From Gloeobacterales cyanobacterium (GTDB taxonomy: Bacteria; Cyanobacteriota; Cyanobacteriia; Gloeobacterales; PMM-0068), in assembly GCA_038245785.1 (NCBI GenBank), contig JBBRSB010000028.1:1-64000 (forward strand): a stretch of 64,000 nt of DNA, in the 5' to 3' direction. A program made the position numbers and the translations under genes. How positions within the stretch are numbered: the stretch's first letter is position 1; each line of letters opens with the position of its first letter. Below, piece after piece: positions 38,948 through 48,513 of the stretch. The notes under the pieces were generated by a model. The model was given only the letters and a program-made list of their open reading frames with translations, ran no database searches and was not told the DNA's origin.

Positions 38948-41137
38948 CTATAATCTGGCCACAGTAAAAGGTAAGACCGATGCTTGAGTTGGTTCATAGA
39001 TTTGGGTGACATATTCCGACACCATCCGGTCTGTATTAAACATCGGATTTAGGGTGCGGATCGCCTCTTTCATCCGAGCAATCCAGCGACGGGGCAATCC
39101 ATGCTCATCCCGGTCATAGAACATGGGGATGATCTCCTGCTCCAACTGGTTATAGAGCGATTGAGCATCGAAATCATCTTGCAGGCTAGGTTCATCAATC
39201 CCGTCGCCAATCGTCCAGCCATTCTCGCCGTTATAGCCTTCAGGCCACCAACCATCGAGCACCGAGAGGTTCATACCGCCACTAAATCCTACTTTTTGAC
39301 CAGAGGTTCCAGAGGCTTCTAGGGGACGACGAGGATTGTTGAGCCAGATATCGACGCCTTGAACCAGATTGCGACCGACATAGGCATCGTAGTTTTCGAT
39401 GAAGGCTACCCGATCGTAGAGAACAGGATTTCTAGACCATTCCATCACTTTTTGAATCAGGCGCTTACCTTCATCATCTTTCGGATGGGCCTTACCAGCA
39501 AAGACAATCTGGACGGGCCTTTTGGCACTGCTGAAGATCCGGGTTGCCCGCTCCCAATCCCGGAGGATGAGATCTGCCCGTTTGTAGGTGCTAAATCGGC
39601 GGGCAAAACCGAGGGTCAACGTATGGGGGTCCAGGAGGTTGCCGACTGCCTGAATTCGGTCTTGGTCTTCTCCTCGCTCCCGACGGGATTTGAGCACTCG
39701 ATGTCTTGTAAAGGAAACCAACCGCTCTCGCAGTGCTGCTTTATTTTCCCAAAGCTCTTCATCAGGAATTTTGTCTACATTCGCCCATACCTCGGGATCC
39801 CAAATATGCTCTTCCCAATGTTCTCCCAAATACTGGTCATACATGTTCCAGAACAGAGGGGCAATCCAGGTGCGGGCATGGACTCCATTGGTAATCGAAC
39901 CAATCGGCACTTCATCTTCAGTCTTCGTCGGATAGAGGACCTGCCACATCTTGCGACAGACTTCTCCGTTGAGTTTACTCACGCCGTTGGACGTTCGGGC
40001 GTAGCGTAGTGCTAAAACCGTCAAGTTGAAAGGCTCCCAAGGATCTCCCGCTCTGCGGGCTCCAAGATTCAGGAACTGTTCGCGATTGAGGGTGAGGGAA
40101 GGCCAGTATGAGGCAAAGAAGGTATCCATCTCATCCGGGCTAAAGGCATCGTGCCCCGCTGGAACAGGCGTATGGGTTGTGAAAACACACTTTTGGCGTA
40201 TCTTTGGTTCAGCATCCAGGAACGCCGTACCCTTATCCACTTCTTCCCGAAGCAGTTCTAAGGTCAAGAAGGCGGCATGGCCTTCATTCATGTGATAGGT
40301 AGCAGGTTCAATACCCAGTTTGCGCAGTAGGCGCACACCCCCGATTCCCAAAATGATTTCCTGGGACATGCGGGTGTCTTTGTTACCCCCGTAGAGATGG
40401 GCTGTAATCCAACGGTCTGTGGTGTCATTCTGAGGGATGTCCGTATCCAGTAGATAAAGAGGGACCCTGCCCACATCCACGCGCCACGCTTGGATTTTCA
40501 CTATCCGCTGGCGGATTCTAACGTCGACCGTAATCGGAATGCCACTCTTATCTCGGACCAGATTGATCGGCAAGTCGGTGAAGTCGGAACTTTCATAGAC
40601 TTCTTCTTGCCAACCTTCCAAATTCAAGCGCTGTTTAAAATAACCTTGGCGATAGAGAATTCCCAGGGCCACTAGGGGCACGCCCAGGTCAGAAGCAGAC
40701 TTGAGATGGTCTGCGGCCAGCATCCCTAACCCCCCAGAATACGTGGGGAGCGATTCATGCAGGCCGTATTCTGCTGAAAAATAAGCAATTTTTGTATTTG
40801 GGTCGCGCATCGTTCGCTTTGCCCAAGTGTCTTCCGCTGCCATGTAGTGGTCATAGGCCGCTACCATACGCCTGACTGTTTTCAAGTAGTTCACATCGGT
40901 AGCGAGGGCGGCTAAGCGCAGATAAGAAACTTCATTGATCATGCGCTCAGGGTTATGCTCTGTCTTCTCCCAAAGGTCAGGGTCCATTTCCCGAAACACG
41001 GTCAGTGCATCTTCATTCCAGGTCCACCAGTAGTTTTCGGAAATTTCACACAGACGGACGAGCGATTTGGGCAAGGTGGGGCAAAGTTCAGGGGGGTAGC
41101 CTTGGTCGGCTTCTACGGAGGGAGGGCTAAAAACCAT
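38948..41137 (-). CDS. glgP: Alpha-glucan (glycogen) phosphorylase
   Basis: YFSAEYG, YSGGLG, HMNEGH, ARRFSTYKR and EASGTSGQK (PLP Lys). Confidence 0.97.
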   Translation of the reverse strand: MVFSPPSVEADQGYPPELCPTLPKSLVRLCEISENYWWTWNEDALTVFREMDPDLWEKTEHNPERMINEVSYLRLAALATDVNYLKTVRRMVAAYDHYMAAEDTWAKRTMRDPNTKIAYFSAEYGLHESLPTYSGGLGMLAADHLKSASDLGVPLVALGILYRQGYFKQRLNLEGWQEEVYESSDFTDLPINLVRDKSGIPITVDVRIRQRIVKIQAWRVDVGRVPLYLLDTDIPQNDTTDRWITAHLYGGNKDTRMSQEIILGIGGVRLLRKLGIEPATYHMNEGHAAFLTLELLREEVDKGTAFLDAEPKIRQKCVFTTHTPVPAGHDAFSPDEMDTFFASYWPSLTLNREQFLNLGARRAGDPWEPFNLTVLALRYARTSNGVSKLNGEVCRKMWQVLYPTKTEDEVPIGSITNGVHARTWIAPLFWNMYDQYLGEHWEEHIWDPEVWANVDKIPDEELWENKAALRERLVSFTRHRVLKSRRERGEDQDRIQAVGNLLDPHTLTLGFARRFSTYKRADLILRDWERATRIFSSAKRPVQIVFAGKAHPKDDEGKRLIQKVMEWSRNPVLYDRVAFIENYDAYVGRNLVQGVDIWLNNPRRPLEASGTSGQKVGFSGGMNLSVLDGWWPEGYNGENGWTIGDGIDEPSLQDDFDAQSLYNQLEQEIIPMFYDRDEHGLPRRWIARMKEAIRTLNPMFNTDRMVSEYVTQIYEPTQASVLPFTVARL

Positions 41138-41267
41138 TGGTATATATCAACCTTTTGATGGAGGAAAATTTAAAATAGATGATCTACACATAGACGCTTG
41201 GCAGGGCATTTATCCACTTCTTAAGATTCTCTGAAGCTTTTCTAGAAGATCTAAAAATTAAAGTAAC

Positions 41268-43562
41268 CTAAGAGGTTTTTGCATTCCCCCTTGCCGTGGG
41301 GATTGTTGATTGTTCCAGTTGTTTGATTAAAGCCCGAGCTTCGGGTTCTTCTAAGGCCAGTCCTCCATAGCGCCACTGGACATAAGCCTCTGTAATAGCG
41401 CTCAGAACTTGGCCCTCTGAAGAGCGTATGGTTTCTAGGAATTCTCTAGGGGTTTGATGGGCTGCTTTAAAAAGACCCTGGCGGGCCAGTCGGTCTAACA
41501 TGCGCTGATAAACCCTTTCAGCCGGAGCGAGTTTAGCTAAAGCACATCGATAGCGCCAGTTTTTGAATCCCAGGACACCGCCCCAACCTGCAAAGACCAG
41601 GGCTGAAGCCCCACCCCCCAAGATTAAGCCTCCTAGCCAGCCCAAGCGCTGGACCAAAAAACCTGCCCAGACGAAAATGCCATTTAGCAACCCACCCAAG
41701 GTTCCGGCCGCAGTCGCCACGGATTGAGTGACAGGACTGGGCAAAAGTTTTACGAAAGCATTCCAGGTTTGTTCTGCCACCCCAAAGGTTTGAGCTTTAT
41801 CTGGAGTCGGTGGAATCAGCGGCCTTCCCGGTACAGGGTCAAAGGCCACCCAGCCATAGCGAGGGAAATAGACTTCCACAATCGCGGTCGCATCGGTATT
41901 CCATACCTCGTAATATCCGGTGAAAGCATTGAATGTCCCTGGCATAAAACCGGTGACCAGACGACTTGGAATGCCCAAGGAACGAAGCATGACCGCATAG
42001 GCGGTAGCAAAGTGCTCAGGATAGCCCTTCTTCTCTTTGAGAAGGAAGCTTTCTGTGACTTCTCCCTGGAAAACTTTAGGGGTGCCTAAGCTATAGGTTT
42101 GCTTGAGATACTGGGCCAGGGCCAGACTTTTGCTGTAGGTATCAGAGAATTTGGACGTGACTGCCAGAGCCTGTTGATGAATAGCCGGATTGAGATCCTT
42201 GGGCAACTGTAGGTAGGCGTTGCGGATTGTCGCAGGGATGGCAGAGGTCAGCCTGCGTAGCTGCGTTTCATCCCGGAGCGGGACCTCTGAGATAGCCGTG
42301 TAGGTCAGTCCTTCTGAAAGGTCGATCGGTGAATGCAAGATTCCTAGCTGGTCTATGCCCACCTGCTCGGTCGGAAAATAAAGTTCTTTGACCCAAGGAA
42401 CGGTAGGAATAAAGTTAGGCAGATTAGCCGTGATCGAATAGGTTTGGACAATACGTTGGGTTGGTACGGCTCCCGTTGCGCCAGAGACCAGGTTCAGGGG
42501 AGGATAGAAAACGCTGAACGGTTCTTGCCGAAAGACTTTGACTGCCTTTATCGCTGAAGCCTGCCACCCCAGTCGCGTGTACTGGTCGAAGGTGGTCATC
42601 CGCAGAAAAGATGCTCCCTGGGTCCTGACCCGCATCACCATTCTCGGAGTGAGGAAGCCTCTGAGGTTTAGATTGATACGGTCATTAAATCCGCTGTAAT
42701 AGTCTGGATTGAAGGTTTCTTGTGCCTGTTTACCGCCAGGAGCCGATGCACTGCCCCCTTTTTGCGCTGCTTTACTGGGATAGCCAGGATTATTCACCCG
42801 CGCAGGCTTAAAATCTTTGGGCAAGGGAATCGTCTGTGAAACCGGAAAGGTGCGCAGCTGATAGCCAGGGAAGCGTGGCAGCAGGACGAAGATCATTCCT
42901 CCTAAGGCCATGACGCCCAGAAAACTTCCTCCCCAAGGTAACCACGGAATTTTCGATTTAGCGCCAGCCGTGAATCCAGACAGTTTAGGACTCAAATTAA
43001 GACGAGCCCGATAATCCAACCAGAGCATTGGAATGGTTAAGGCAATAAATAGAATCAGCCAAGGCGCAAAACTCAGAGTTTCACTCAGGGTTGCGGCCAC
43101 AGCCAAAAGCACCAAACCAATCGCCATCGAATAGCCCAAGTCTTTGCGGCGAGGCAGGTCAAAGCTATGGATTACCTGCAGATGAATCAGGAGTAAGGCC
43201 AGGGCTAGCCGCGTATCGTTCAGGGACCCGAGAATATTGGTAAAGAAAAATCCCAAGGCAGCCAACATAGCAATCGCCAGCAGAAACTTGACGGGGATAT
43301 TGCGCTCTTTGCGGCGGGAATGACTAAACACTGCTCCCGCGATACTGACAGGAGCGGCCCAGATGCTCGTCCAGCTCCCAGAGGCCACATCGGTGGCAAT
43401 CATACCGACAATCACTAAAGCTTGAACCACAGCCCTCAGCGGAATAGATTCTTCGGTCGCAGTGCGTGGAAATCGGGAGAGGATCTGCTCTTCCACCCTC
43501 TGCTGCCAGGCTTTGTAGGTAACGAGACCATCTATGAGGGGCGCAAGAGGAGAGGTAGCCAT
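41268..43562 (-). CDS. TgpA-like membrane transglutaminase-family protein (DUF3488/TG/DUF4129)
   Basis: N-terminal TM bundle; MLRSLGIPSRLVTGF and GWVAFDP motifs; TPREF tail. Confidence 0.88.
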   Translation of the reverse strand: MATSPLAPLIDGLVTYKAWQQRVEEQILSRFPRTATEESIPLRAVVQALVIVGMIATDVASGSWTSIWAAPVSIAGAVFSHSRRKERNIPVKFLLAIAMLAALGFFFTNILGSLNDTRLALALLLIHLQVIHSFDLPRRKDLGYSMAIGLVLLAVAATLSETLSFAPWLILFIALTIPMLWLDYRARLNLSPKLSGFTAGAKSKIPWLPWGGSFLGVMALGGMIFVLLPRFPGYQLRTFPVSQTIPLPKDFKPARVNNPGYPSKAAQKGGSASAPGGKQAQETFNPDYYSGFNDRINLNLRGFLTPRMVMRVRTQGASFLRMTTFDQYTRLGWQASAIKAVKVFRQEPFSVFYPPLNLVSGATGAVPTQRIVQTYSITANLPNFIPTVPWVKELYFPTEQVGIDQLGILHSPIDLSEGLTYTAISEVPLRDETQLRRLTSAIPATIRNAYLQLPKDLNPAIHQQALAVTSKFSDTYSKSLALAQYLKQTYSLGTPKVFQGEVTESFLLKEKKGYPEHFATAYAVMLRSLGIPSRLVTGFMPGTFNAFTGYYEVWNTDATAIVEVYFPRYGWVAFDPVPGRPLIPPTPDKAQTFGVAEQTWNAFVKLLPSPVTQSVATAAGTLGGLLNGIFVWAGFLVQRLGWLGGLILGGGASALVFAGWGGVLGFKNWRYRCALAKLAPAERVYQRMLDRLARQGLFKAAHQTPREFLETIRSSEGQVLSAITEAYVQWRYGGLALEEPEARALIKQLEQSTIPTARGNAKTS

Positions 43563-43697
43563 GAATGAATTAAAGATAACGCTTCTAGAATGCAGGATTC
43601 CCTAGATTCCTCCCGTTCCCCAGAAGCACGGCAAGACTGTTCGGAACGCAAAGGTAAAATTTATCAAATTTAACGACACTCGAAATTTGGATGTTTT

Positions 43698-43880
43698 GTT
43701 TTGCACGCCCCCCAACCCCATAAAAACAAACCCAGAATATCGGATCGTGTAGGGGCGATTTGCAAATTGCCCCTACGACGCCATAACCTATGGGGCAAAC
43801 CCCAATTTCGGGGGCCGGGGAAATTAATAACCCAAAAATATCGTATCTGCGGATAATCTTTCTGAGGTCGATTTTGCCGA
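43698..43880 (+). repeat. Direct repeat copy 1 (GTAG REP palindrome + degenerate gvpV 3' end)
   Basis: Aligns with ~48041-48225; REP GTAGGGGCGATTTGCAAATTGCCCCTAC at 43749-43776. Confidence 0.85.
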
Positions 43881-44123
43881 TGACAGCCAAGCGCACAGCG
43901 TAATGTTCAATACACTCTTATTTGTGGCTTTTTGGCCTACCCATCTGGCCATAGTTTCTATCACGAGTGAGAAAATTTATCCGAATATTCACTTAACGTG
44001 TACTTTTTTATTTGTGGTTAAACCAGTAAAAATACTGGGCATGCTTAATTTGTGAGCCGATTCCATCTATTTAGAAGATGAACCCCCAGGCTTAACACTT
44101 TCTTTCTTAGGAGAACTTGAATC

Positions 44124-44339
44124 ATGGCTGTTGAGAAGACTAACTCTTCTTCTAGTTTGGCTGAAGTCGTTGATCGTATCCTTGACAAGGGTATCGTAAT
44201 CGACGCTTGGGTCCGCGTTTCCTTGGTAGGTATTGAACTGCTGGCAATTGAAGCCCGTGTGGTCATTGCTTCCGTTGAAACCTACTTGAAGTATGCTGAG
44301 GCTGTTGGCTTGACCTCTCAAGCAGCTGTCCCCGCTTAA
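44124..44339 (+). CDS. gvpA: Gas vesicle structural protein
   Basis: [29 protein letters not shown].. Confidence 0.99.
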   Translation: MAVEKTNSSSSLAEVVDRILDKGIVIDAWVRVSLVGIELLAIEARVVIASVETYLKYAEAVGLTSQAAVPA

Positions 44340-44469
44340 CTCTAAGCAATTAAGGAGTCTTTGAGAATGCAATATTTCTCAAAGACTTTTTAACAGTTTT
44401 TAGCAATTTTAATGATGTAGTAAACACCAGGCTCGATCATTCTCGATGCTTGACTGAGGAGAATTCACG

Positions 44470-45444
44470 GTGACCATCGAACATACATCTTGGCTTGGAC
44501 AGATGCAGCAAGAGCGCACGCAGCGTCAGCAAGCTATGACAGAACGGCAACAGCAGGTGCGTGAGGCTTTAGCTAAAGCCCAACAGGAACGCAAACAAAA
44601 ATGTACTCAGGCAACGGCTCAACGCCAACAGTTTCAGCGTGGTCTTTCTTTGGGCATTAGCGACTTTCTAGAAGAGACTGCCAATGTCAGAATGCAGACT
44701 GCAAGCACACAAAAAATAGCCCTCCAAGAATTCCAAGGTCAGCTCCAGCAAGATGTTCAAGACCTGATGACCGAAATCAGCACGGACCGGATGATGATGG
44801 CGCAAGCGCTCATGACTGATTTGGCTGGATTCCGCAACAACCTGGTTCAAGAAGTTGCTCAGTTATTGAACGAAGACCTACCTGGCCAGCGCAAAGAAAT
44901 GCAGGCTCATGTCGCTCAGATTCAAAAAGAGACCCAGAACGAGCTCACCCAAAACCGTAAGCAAAGAGCGAAGAATAGCGCTCAGAGCGTGAAGGAACGG
45001 GCCGAGTTTGTAGACAACCTCCAGGCTGAAGTCAGCAGCATGCGTGCTGATGCCAAGGAATTAATGCTGGATATCCAGGATGAAAGCCTACAGCGCAAAG
45101 AAGAAGCCTGGGGAACGGCAACAGCCCGCCCTGCTCGCAAGAAAGCAAAACCAGCCACTAGCAAAGCGCCTCAAAAGGCTCCTGCAAAGGCTGCTGCTCC
45201 TAAAGCTGCACCTGCTAAGCAAGCTAAAGCAGCTCCTGTAGCTGATAGTCCAGTTTCTGTCCCCCACGAGAAAGAAGTGTACGACTACGTCCAAAACAAT
45301 CACGGTGCTCGTTTGGCCATGATTGAAGAGGCTTTGGGCATTAGCCGCTTTCAGGCAGTAGATGCGCTGCGTTCTCTCTTGGACAAAGGCATCTTAGTTA
45401 AGCGCGATAGAGATTACCTAACGCAGGAGGATTCTTCACGGTGA
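44470..45444 (+). CDS. gvpC: Gas vesicle protein C (helical repeats, Ala/Lys/Pro linker, C-terminal wHTH-like domain)
   Basis: Position between gvpA and gvpN; Q/E/R-rich amphipathic repeats. Confidence 0.8.
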   Translation: MTIEHTSWLGQMQQERTQRQQAMTERQQQVREALAKAQQERKQKCTQATAQRQQFQRGLSLGISDFLEETANVRMQTASTQKIALQEFQGQLQQDVQDLMTEISTDRMMMAQALMTDLAGFRNNLVQEVAQLLNEDLPGQRKEMQAHVAQIQKETQNELTQNRKQRAKNSAQSVKERAEFVDNLQAEVSSMRADAKELMLDIQDESLQRKEEAWGTATARPARKKAKPATSKAPQKAPAKAAAPKAAPAKQAKAAPVADSPVSVPHEKEVYDYVQNNHGARLAMIEEALGISRFQAVDALRSLLDKGILVKRDRDYLTQEDSSR

Positions 45445-46358
45445 GTACGGTACTTCAAACGCGTCCCCGTCAATTTGTTAATACTCCCAATGTAGAAAAG
45501 CTAGCCACTCGGGCGCTACGCTTCTTACAGTCTGGTTATTCTATCCATCTGCGCGGTCCTGCTGGAACCGGCAAAACCACCTTGGCTTTGCATTTAGCAA
45601 GTCTGCTGGCCCGTCCCACCAGTCTTATTTACGGAGACGATGAGTTCCGTACTTCCGATCTGATTGGTAGTCAATCTGGCTATACCCGCAAGAAAGTAGT
45701 GGATAACTACATCCACTCCGTAGTCAAGATGGAAGATGAACTTACCCAGCGCTGGGTGGATTCTCGGCTGACCATGGCTTGTCGGGATGGATTCACTTTG
45801 GTCTATGACGAGTTCAACCGTTCTCGCCCTGAGGTCAATAACGTTCTGCTCTCTGCTCTTGAAGAAAAGCTTTTGGTATTGCCTCCTGATTCCAGCCGCA
45901 CTGAGTACCTACGAGTTCACCCTCAGTTCCGGGCTATCCTGACCTCCAATCCTCAAGAATATTGCGGCGTTCATGCCACTCAAGATGCCTTGATGGACCG
46001 TCTGGTCACTCTCGATATGCCAGAACCGGATGAATTGACCCAACAGGAAATCTTGGTTCAAAAAGCAGGCATCGAGCGTGAAGGTGCCTTAATGATCGTC
46101 CGCTTGGTCACTGCTTACCGGGCTAAGACTTCTGCAGAAAAATCTTCTGGCCTACGTTCCTGCATGATGATTGCTAAGATTTGTCACGAGCACAACATCA
46201 GCGCCCGTCTGGAAGACCCTGATTTTCGGGAAGTCTGTGGCGATGTACTCTTTTCGCGGGCGGCTCTATCCCCAACGGAAGCGAAAACAACCCTCTGGGC
46301 CATGTTGGATGAAATGCTCAAGTCTTCAACGGTTTCAACTGCTAGGAGTAAAGCTTGA
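45441..46358 (+). CDS. gvpN: Gas vesicle AAA+ ATPase
   Basis: [18 protein letters not shown] and QDALMDR motifs. Confidence 0.97.
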   Translation: MSTVLQTRPRQFVNTPNVEKLATRALRFLQSGYSIHLRGPAGTGKTTLALHLASLLARPTSLIYGDDEFRTSDLIGSQSGYTRKKVVDNYIHSVVKMEDELTQRWVDSRLTMACRDGFTLVYDEFNRSRPEVNNVLLSALEEKLLVLPPDSSRTEYLRVHPQFRAILTSNPQEYCGVHATQDALMDRLVTLDMPEPDELTQQEILVQKAGIEREGALMIVRLVTAYRAKTSAEKSSGLRSCMMIAKICHEHNISARLEDPDFREVCGDVLFSRAALSPTEAKTTLWAMLDEMLKSSTVSTARSKA

Positions 46359-46687
46359 CTGCTATAACCACATCGACACAGGGTTCGACCCTCGCGGATG
46401 TTCTAGAGCGCGTCCTTGATAAAGGCATTGTTATCGCCGGAGATATATCCGTTTCGGTGGGGTCTACTGAACTGCTCAGTATCCGCATTCGTCTCTTGGT
46501 TTCCTCCGTCGATAAAGCCAAAGAGATGGGTATCAACTGGTGGGAAAGCGACCCTTATCTCAGCAGCCAAACCCAAGCTCTGGTGGCGACCAATCAGCAG
46601 CTGATGAAACGGCTAGACACCCTAGAGACTGAACTGGCAGCGTTCAAAGCTCTGCCTGCAGCTAAGGAAGCGGTAAGGGCTGATTAG
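46355..46687 (+). CDS. gvpJ: Gas vesicle protein J
   Basis: [27 protein letters not shown]. Confidence 0.96.
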   Translation: MTAITTSTQGSTLADVLERVLDKGIVIAGDISVSVGSTELLSIRIRLLVSSVDKAKEMGINWWESDPYLSSQTQALVATNQQLMKRLDTLETELAAFKALPAAKEAVRAD

Positions 46688-46719
46688 GCTGTCCCTTACC
46701 TCCAACTAAGGACCAAACC

Positions 46720-46911
46720 ATGATCACAATCAAAACGATGAAACAAATTGCCACGAGCAGCGCCCTTTTGGGTGCTCGTTCGTGCAGTTCCCTAAGCGGG
46801 CTTCGCTATGCCCAGCAGGAGAGACTCCAACGTCTCAGCGGACACAGTCAGATAGCCAAACAAGAGACCCGTCGCCAATGGCTCAATGGTCAGTGGCAAA
46901 AATCTAGATAG
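46720..46911 (+). CDS. Small basic hypothetical protein in the gvp operon
   Basis: AAGGA SD + ATG; 63 aa; not GvpK-like. Confidence 0.5.
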   Translation: MITIKTMKQIATSSALLGARSCSSLSGLRYAQQERLQRLSGHSQIAKQETRRQWLNGQWQKSR

Positions 46912-47023
46912 ATCGGCGGTTTGCTTGGGTACTTCTAAAGATGGAGCTGTCTTATTAGACAGACTCTATTAGATTAGCGTTTCTAAGAAACCTGACAAAA
47001 AAGTATAGGAGTGTGGAGACGAT

Positions 47024-47761
47024 ATGGACTGTAGCCTTTACTTATACGGTATCTTTCCTCAACCGGGTCCCCAAGATTTGAAGGTGCAAGGTTTGGACCA
47101 GGAACCTGTACTGACCCATGCCGTGGACAGCTTTGTCTTTCTATACTCCGAAGCTAAACAGGAGCAGTATTTAGCCAGTCGCCGCAATTTGTTGACCCAT
47201 GAAAAAGTATTAGAAGAAGCGATGCATCAAGGGTACAAGACGCTGTTGCCCTTGCAGTTTGGTTTGGTAATCAAAGATTGGTCATCGATTACAGAACAAT
47301 TGATTACGCCCTATCATGAAAAATTAGAAGCACTCTTCAAAAAGTTAGAGGGCAAGCGAGAAGTCAGTGTCAAAATTTTGTGGGAAAGCAATGAGGAATT
47401 GCAGGCTCTCATGCAAGAGAATCAACAGCTTAAAAGCAAGCGAGACAGCCTAGAAGGAAAGCAACTGGGCATGGATGAAGTGATTAAAATCGGACAATTG
47501 ATTGAGAAAGCTTTAGAAGAGCGGAAACAATCGATTATTAAATCCTTCAAAGAGCGGCTAGATTCTTTGGCCATTGAAGTAGTCCAAAATGATCCGATGA
47601 TGGATTCGATGATTTACAACGGTGCCTATCTCATCCCTTGGGAATCAGAGCCTCAATTCAATCAAGCGATAGAAACCTTGGATGAACATTTTCAGGGCCG
47701 TCTACGCATTCGCTATAACGATTTCACGGCTCCTTATCACTTTGCACAACTGGCGGATTAA
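47024..47761 (+). CDS. gvpF: Gas vesicle protein GvpF/L
   Basis: LYLYGI..HEKVLE..LPLQFG..RIRY..TAPY.F. Confidence 0.95.
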   Translation: MDCSLYLYGIFPQPGPQDLKVQGLDQEPVLTHAVDSFVFLYSEAKQEQYLASRRNLLTHEKVLEEAMHQGYKTLLPLQFGLVIKDWSSITEQLITPYHEKLEALFKKLEGKREVSVKILWESNEELQALMQENQQLKSKRDSLEGKQLGMDEVIKIGQLIEKALEERKQSIIKSFKERLDSLAIEVVQNDPMMDSMIYNGAYLIPWESEPQFNQAIETLDEHFQGRLRIRYNDFTAPYHFAQLAD

Positions 47762-47763
47762 TC

Positions 47764-47991
47764 ATGCTCTTCTCTCCCCTTTCTGGCATTATCTGGATTG
47801 CTGAACAAATCCAGGAGCGCGCTAGTGCTGAATTAGACGAGAAAGAAAACTTGTCTAAGCGACTCTTATCCCTGCAGCTGGCCTTGGATATAGGTGACCT
47901 TTCCGAAGAAGAATATGATGAAAGAGAAAATGAAATATTGATCAAGATGCAAGAAGTTGCCCAACGCGAAAGAGAAGAAAAGGCGGCGTAG
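47764..47991 (+). CDS. gvpG: Gas vesicle protein G
   Basis: P..GI.WIAEQI.ERA..LQL..D.G.LSEEEY. Confidence 0.93.
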   Translation: MLFSPLSGIIWIAEQIQERASAELDEKENLSKRLLSLQLALDIGDLSEEEYDERENEILIKMQEVAQREREEKAA

Positions 47992-48040
47992 AGGCGATTT
48001 ATTGATCGAATTTAAGGGTATCTATAATTTAGATACTCGA

Positions 48041-48225
48041 TTTTGTGCGTCCCCAATTACACAAAAACAAACCCAGGATATCGGGTCGTGTAGGGGCGAT
48101 TTGCAAATCGCCCCTACGACGCCATAACCAAATGGATAAAACCCGAATTAATCGAATCGCGACCGTTTAATAATCCAAAAATATCGTATCCACCGGCAAT
48201 CCTTCCGATGTCGATTTCACCGATA
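48041..48225 (+). repeat. Direct repeat copy 2 (GTAG REP palindrome + gvpV 3' end)
   Basis: Perfect 28-bp palindrome GTAGGGGCGATTTGCAAATCGCCCCTAC at 48090-48117. Confidence 0.85.
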
Positions 48226-48478
48226 CTTTTGATTTGGCAATAACCACCTCTCCATGATTTTCACCATTCTGCTGTAGCCTTGCCATGTGCTGCTCAAGAA
48301 CGACCATGTGCTTCTGTATTTCTTCACCACGGCGTTCCATGGTTTCTAGCTCCTGTTGGAGCCTAGACTTCTCAATGCTCAGTTTATACAGATCTAAATA
48401 GACAGAGGAGTCTGTCTTTTGGCGTGGCATGCTGCTGATTTTGGGCTGAATCTTTGCGCGACGGGCAGTGGGGCGCAT
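48167..48478 (-). CDS. gvpV: Gas vesicle protein V-like
   Basis: PKISSMPRQK..YLDLYKL.IEK.RLQQEL..FLDY; convergent on gvpG; start ATG 48478. Confidence 0.8.
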   Translation of the reverse strand: MRPTARRAKIQPKISSMPRQKTDSSVYLDLYKLSIEKSRLQQELETMERRGEEIQKHMVVLEQHMARLQQNGENHGEVVIAKSKVSVKSTSEGLPVDTIFLDY

Positions 48479-48513
48479 GGGACTTCCTTTGTGAACATGC
48501 AAAAAATATGTTC

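Noticed and set aside
39359..40009. Long antisense ORFs (inside glgP, ndhK, gyrB, alaS and others)
   Set aside because: Shadow frames of well-supported genes on the opposite strand
41840..42030. Loss of the transglutaminase catalytic Cys/His (GYPEHF, DATAIVE) as a novelty
   Set aside because: As far as I recall, similar substitutions are common in cyanobacterial members of this family, so it is not specific to this locus
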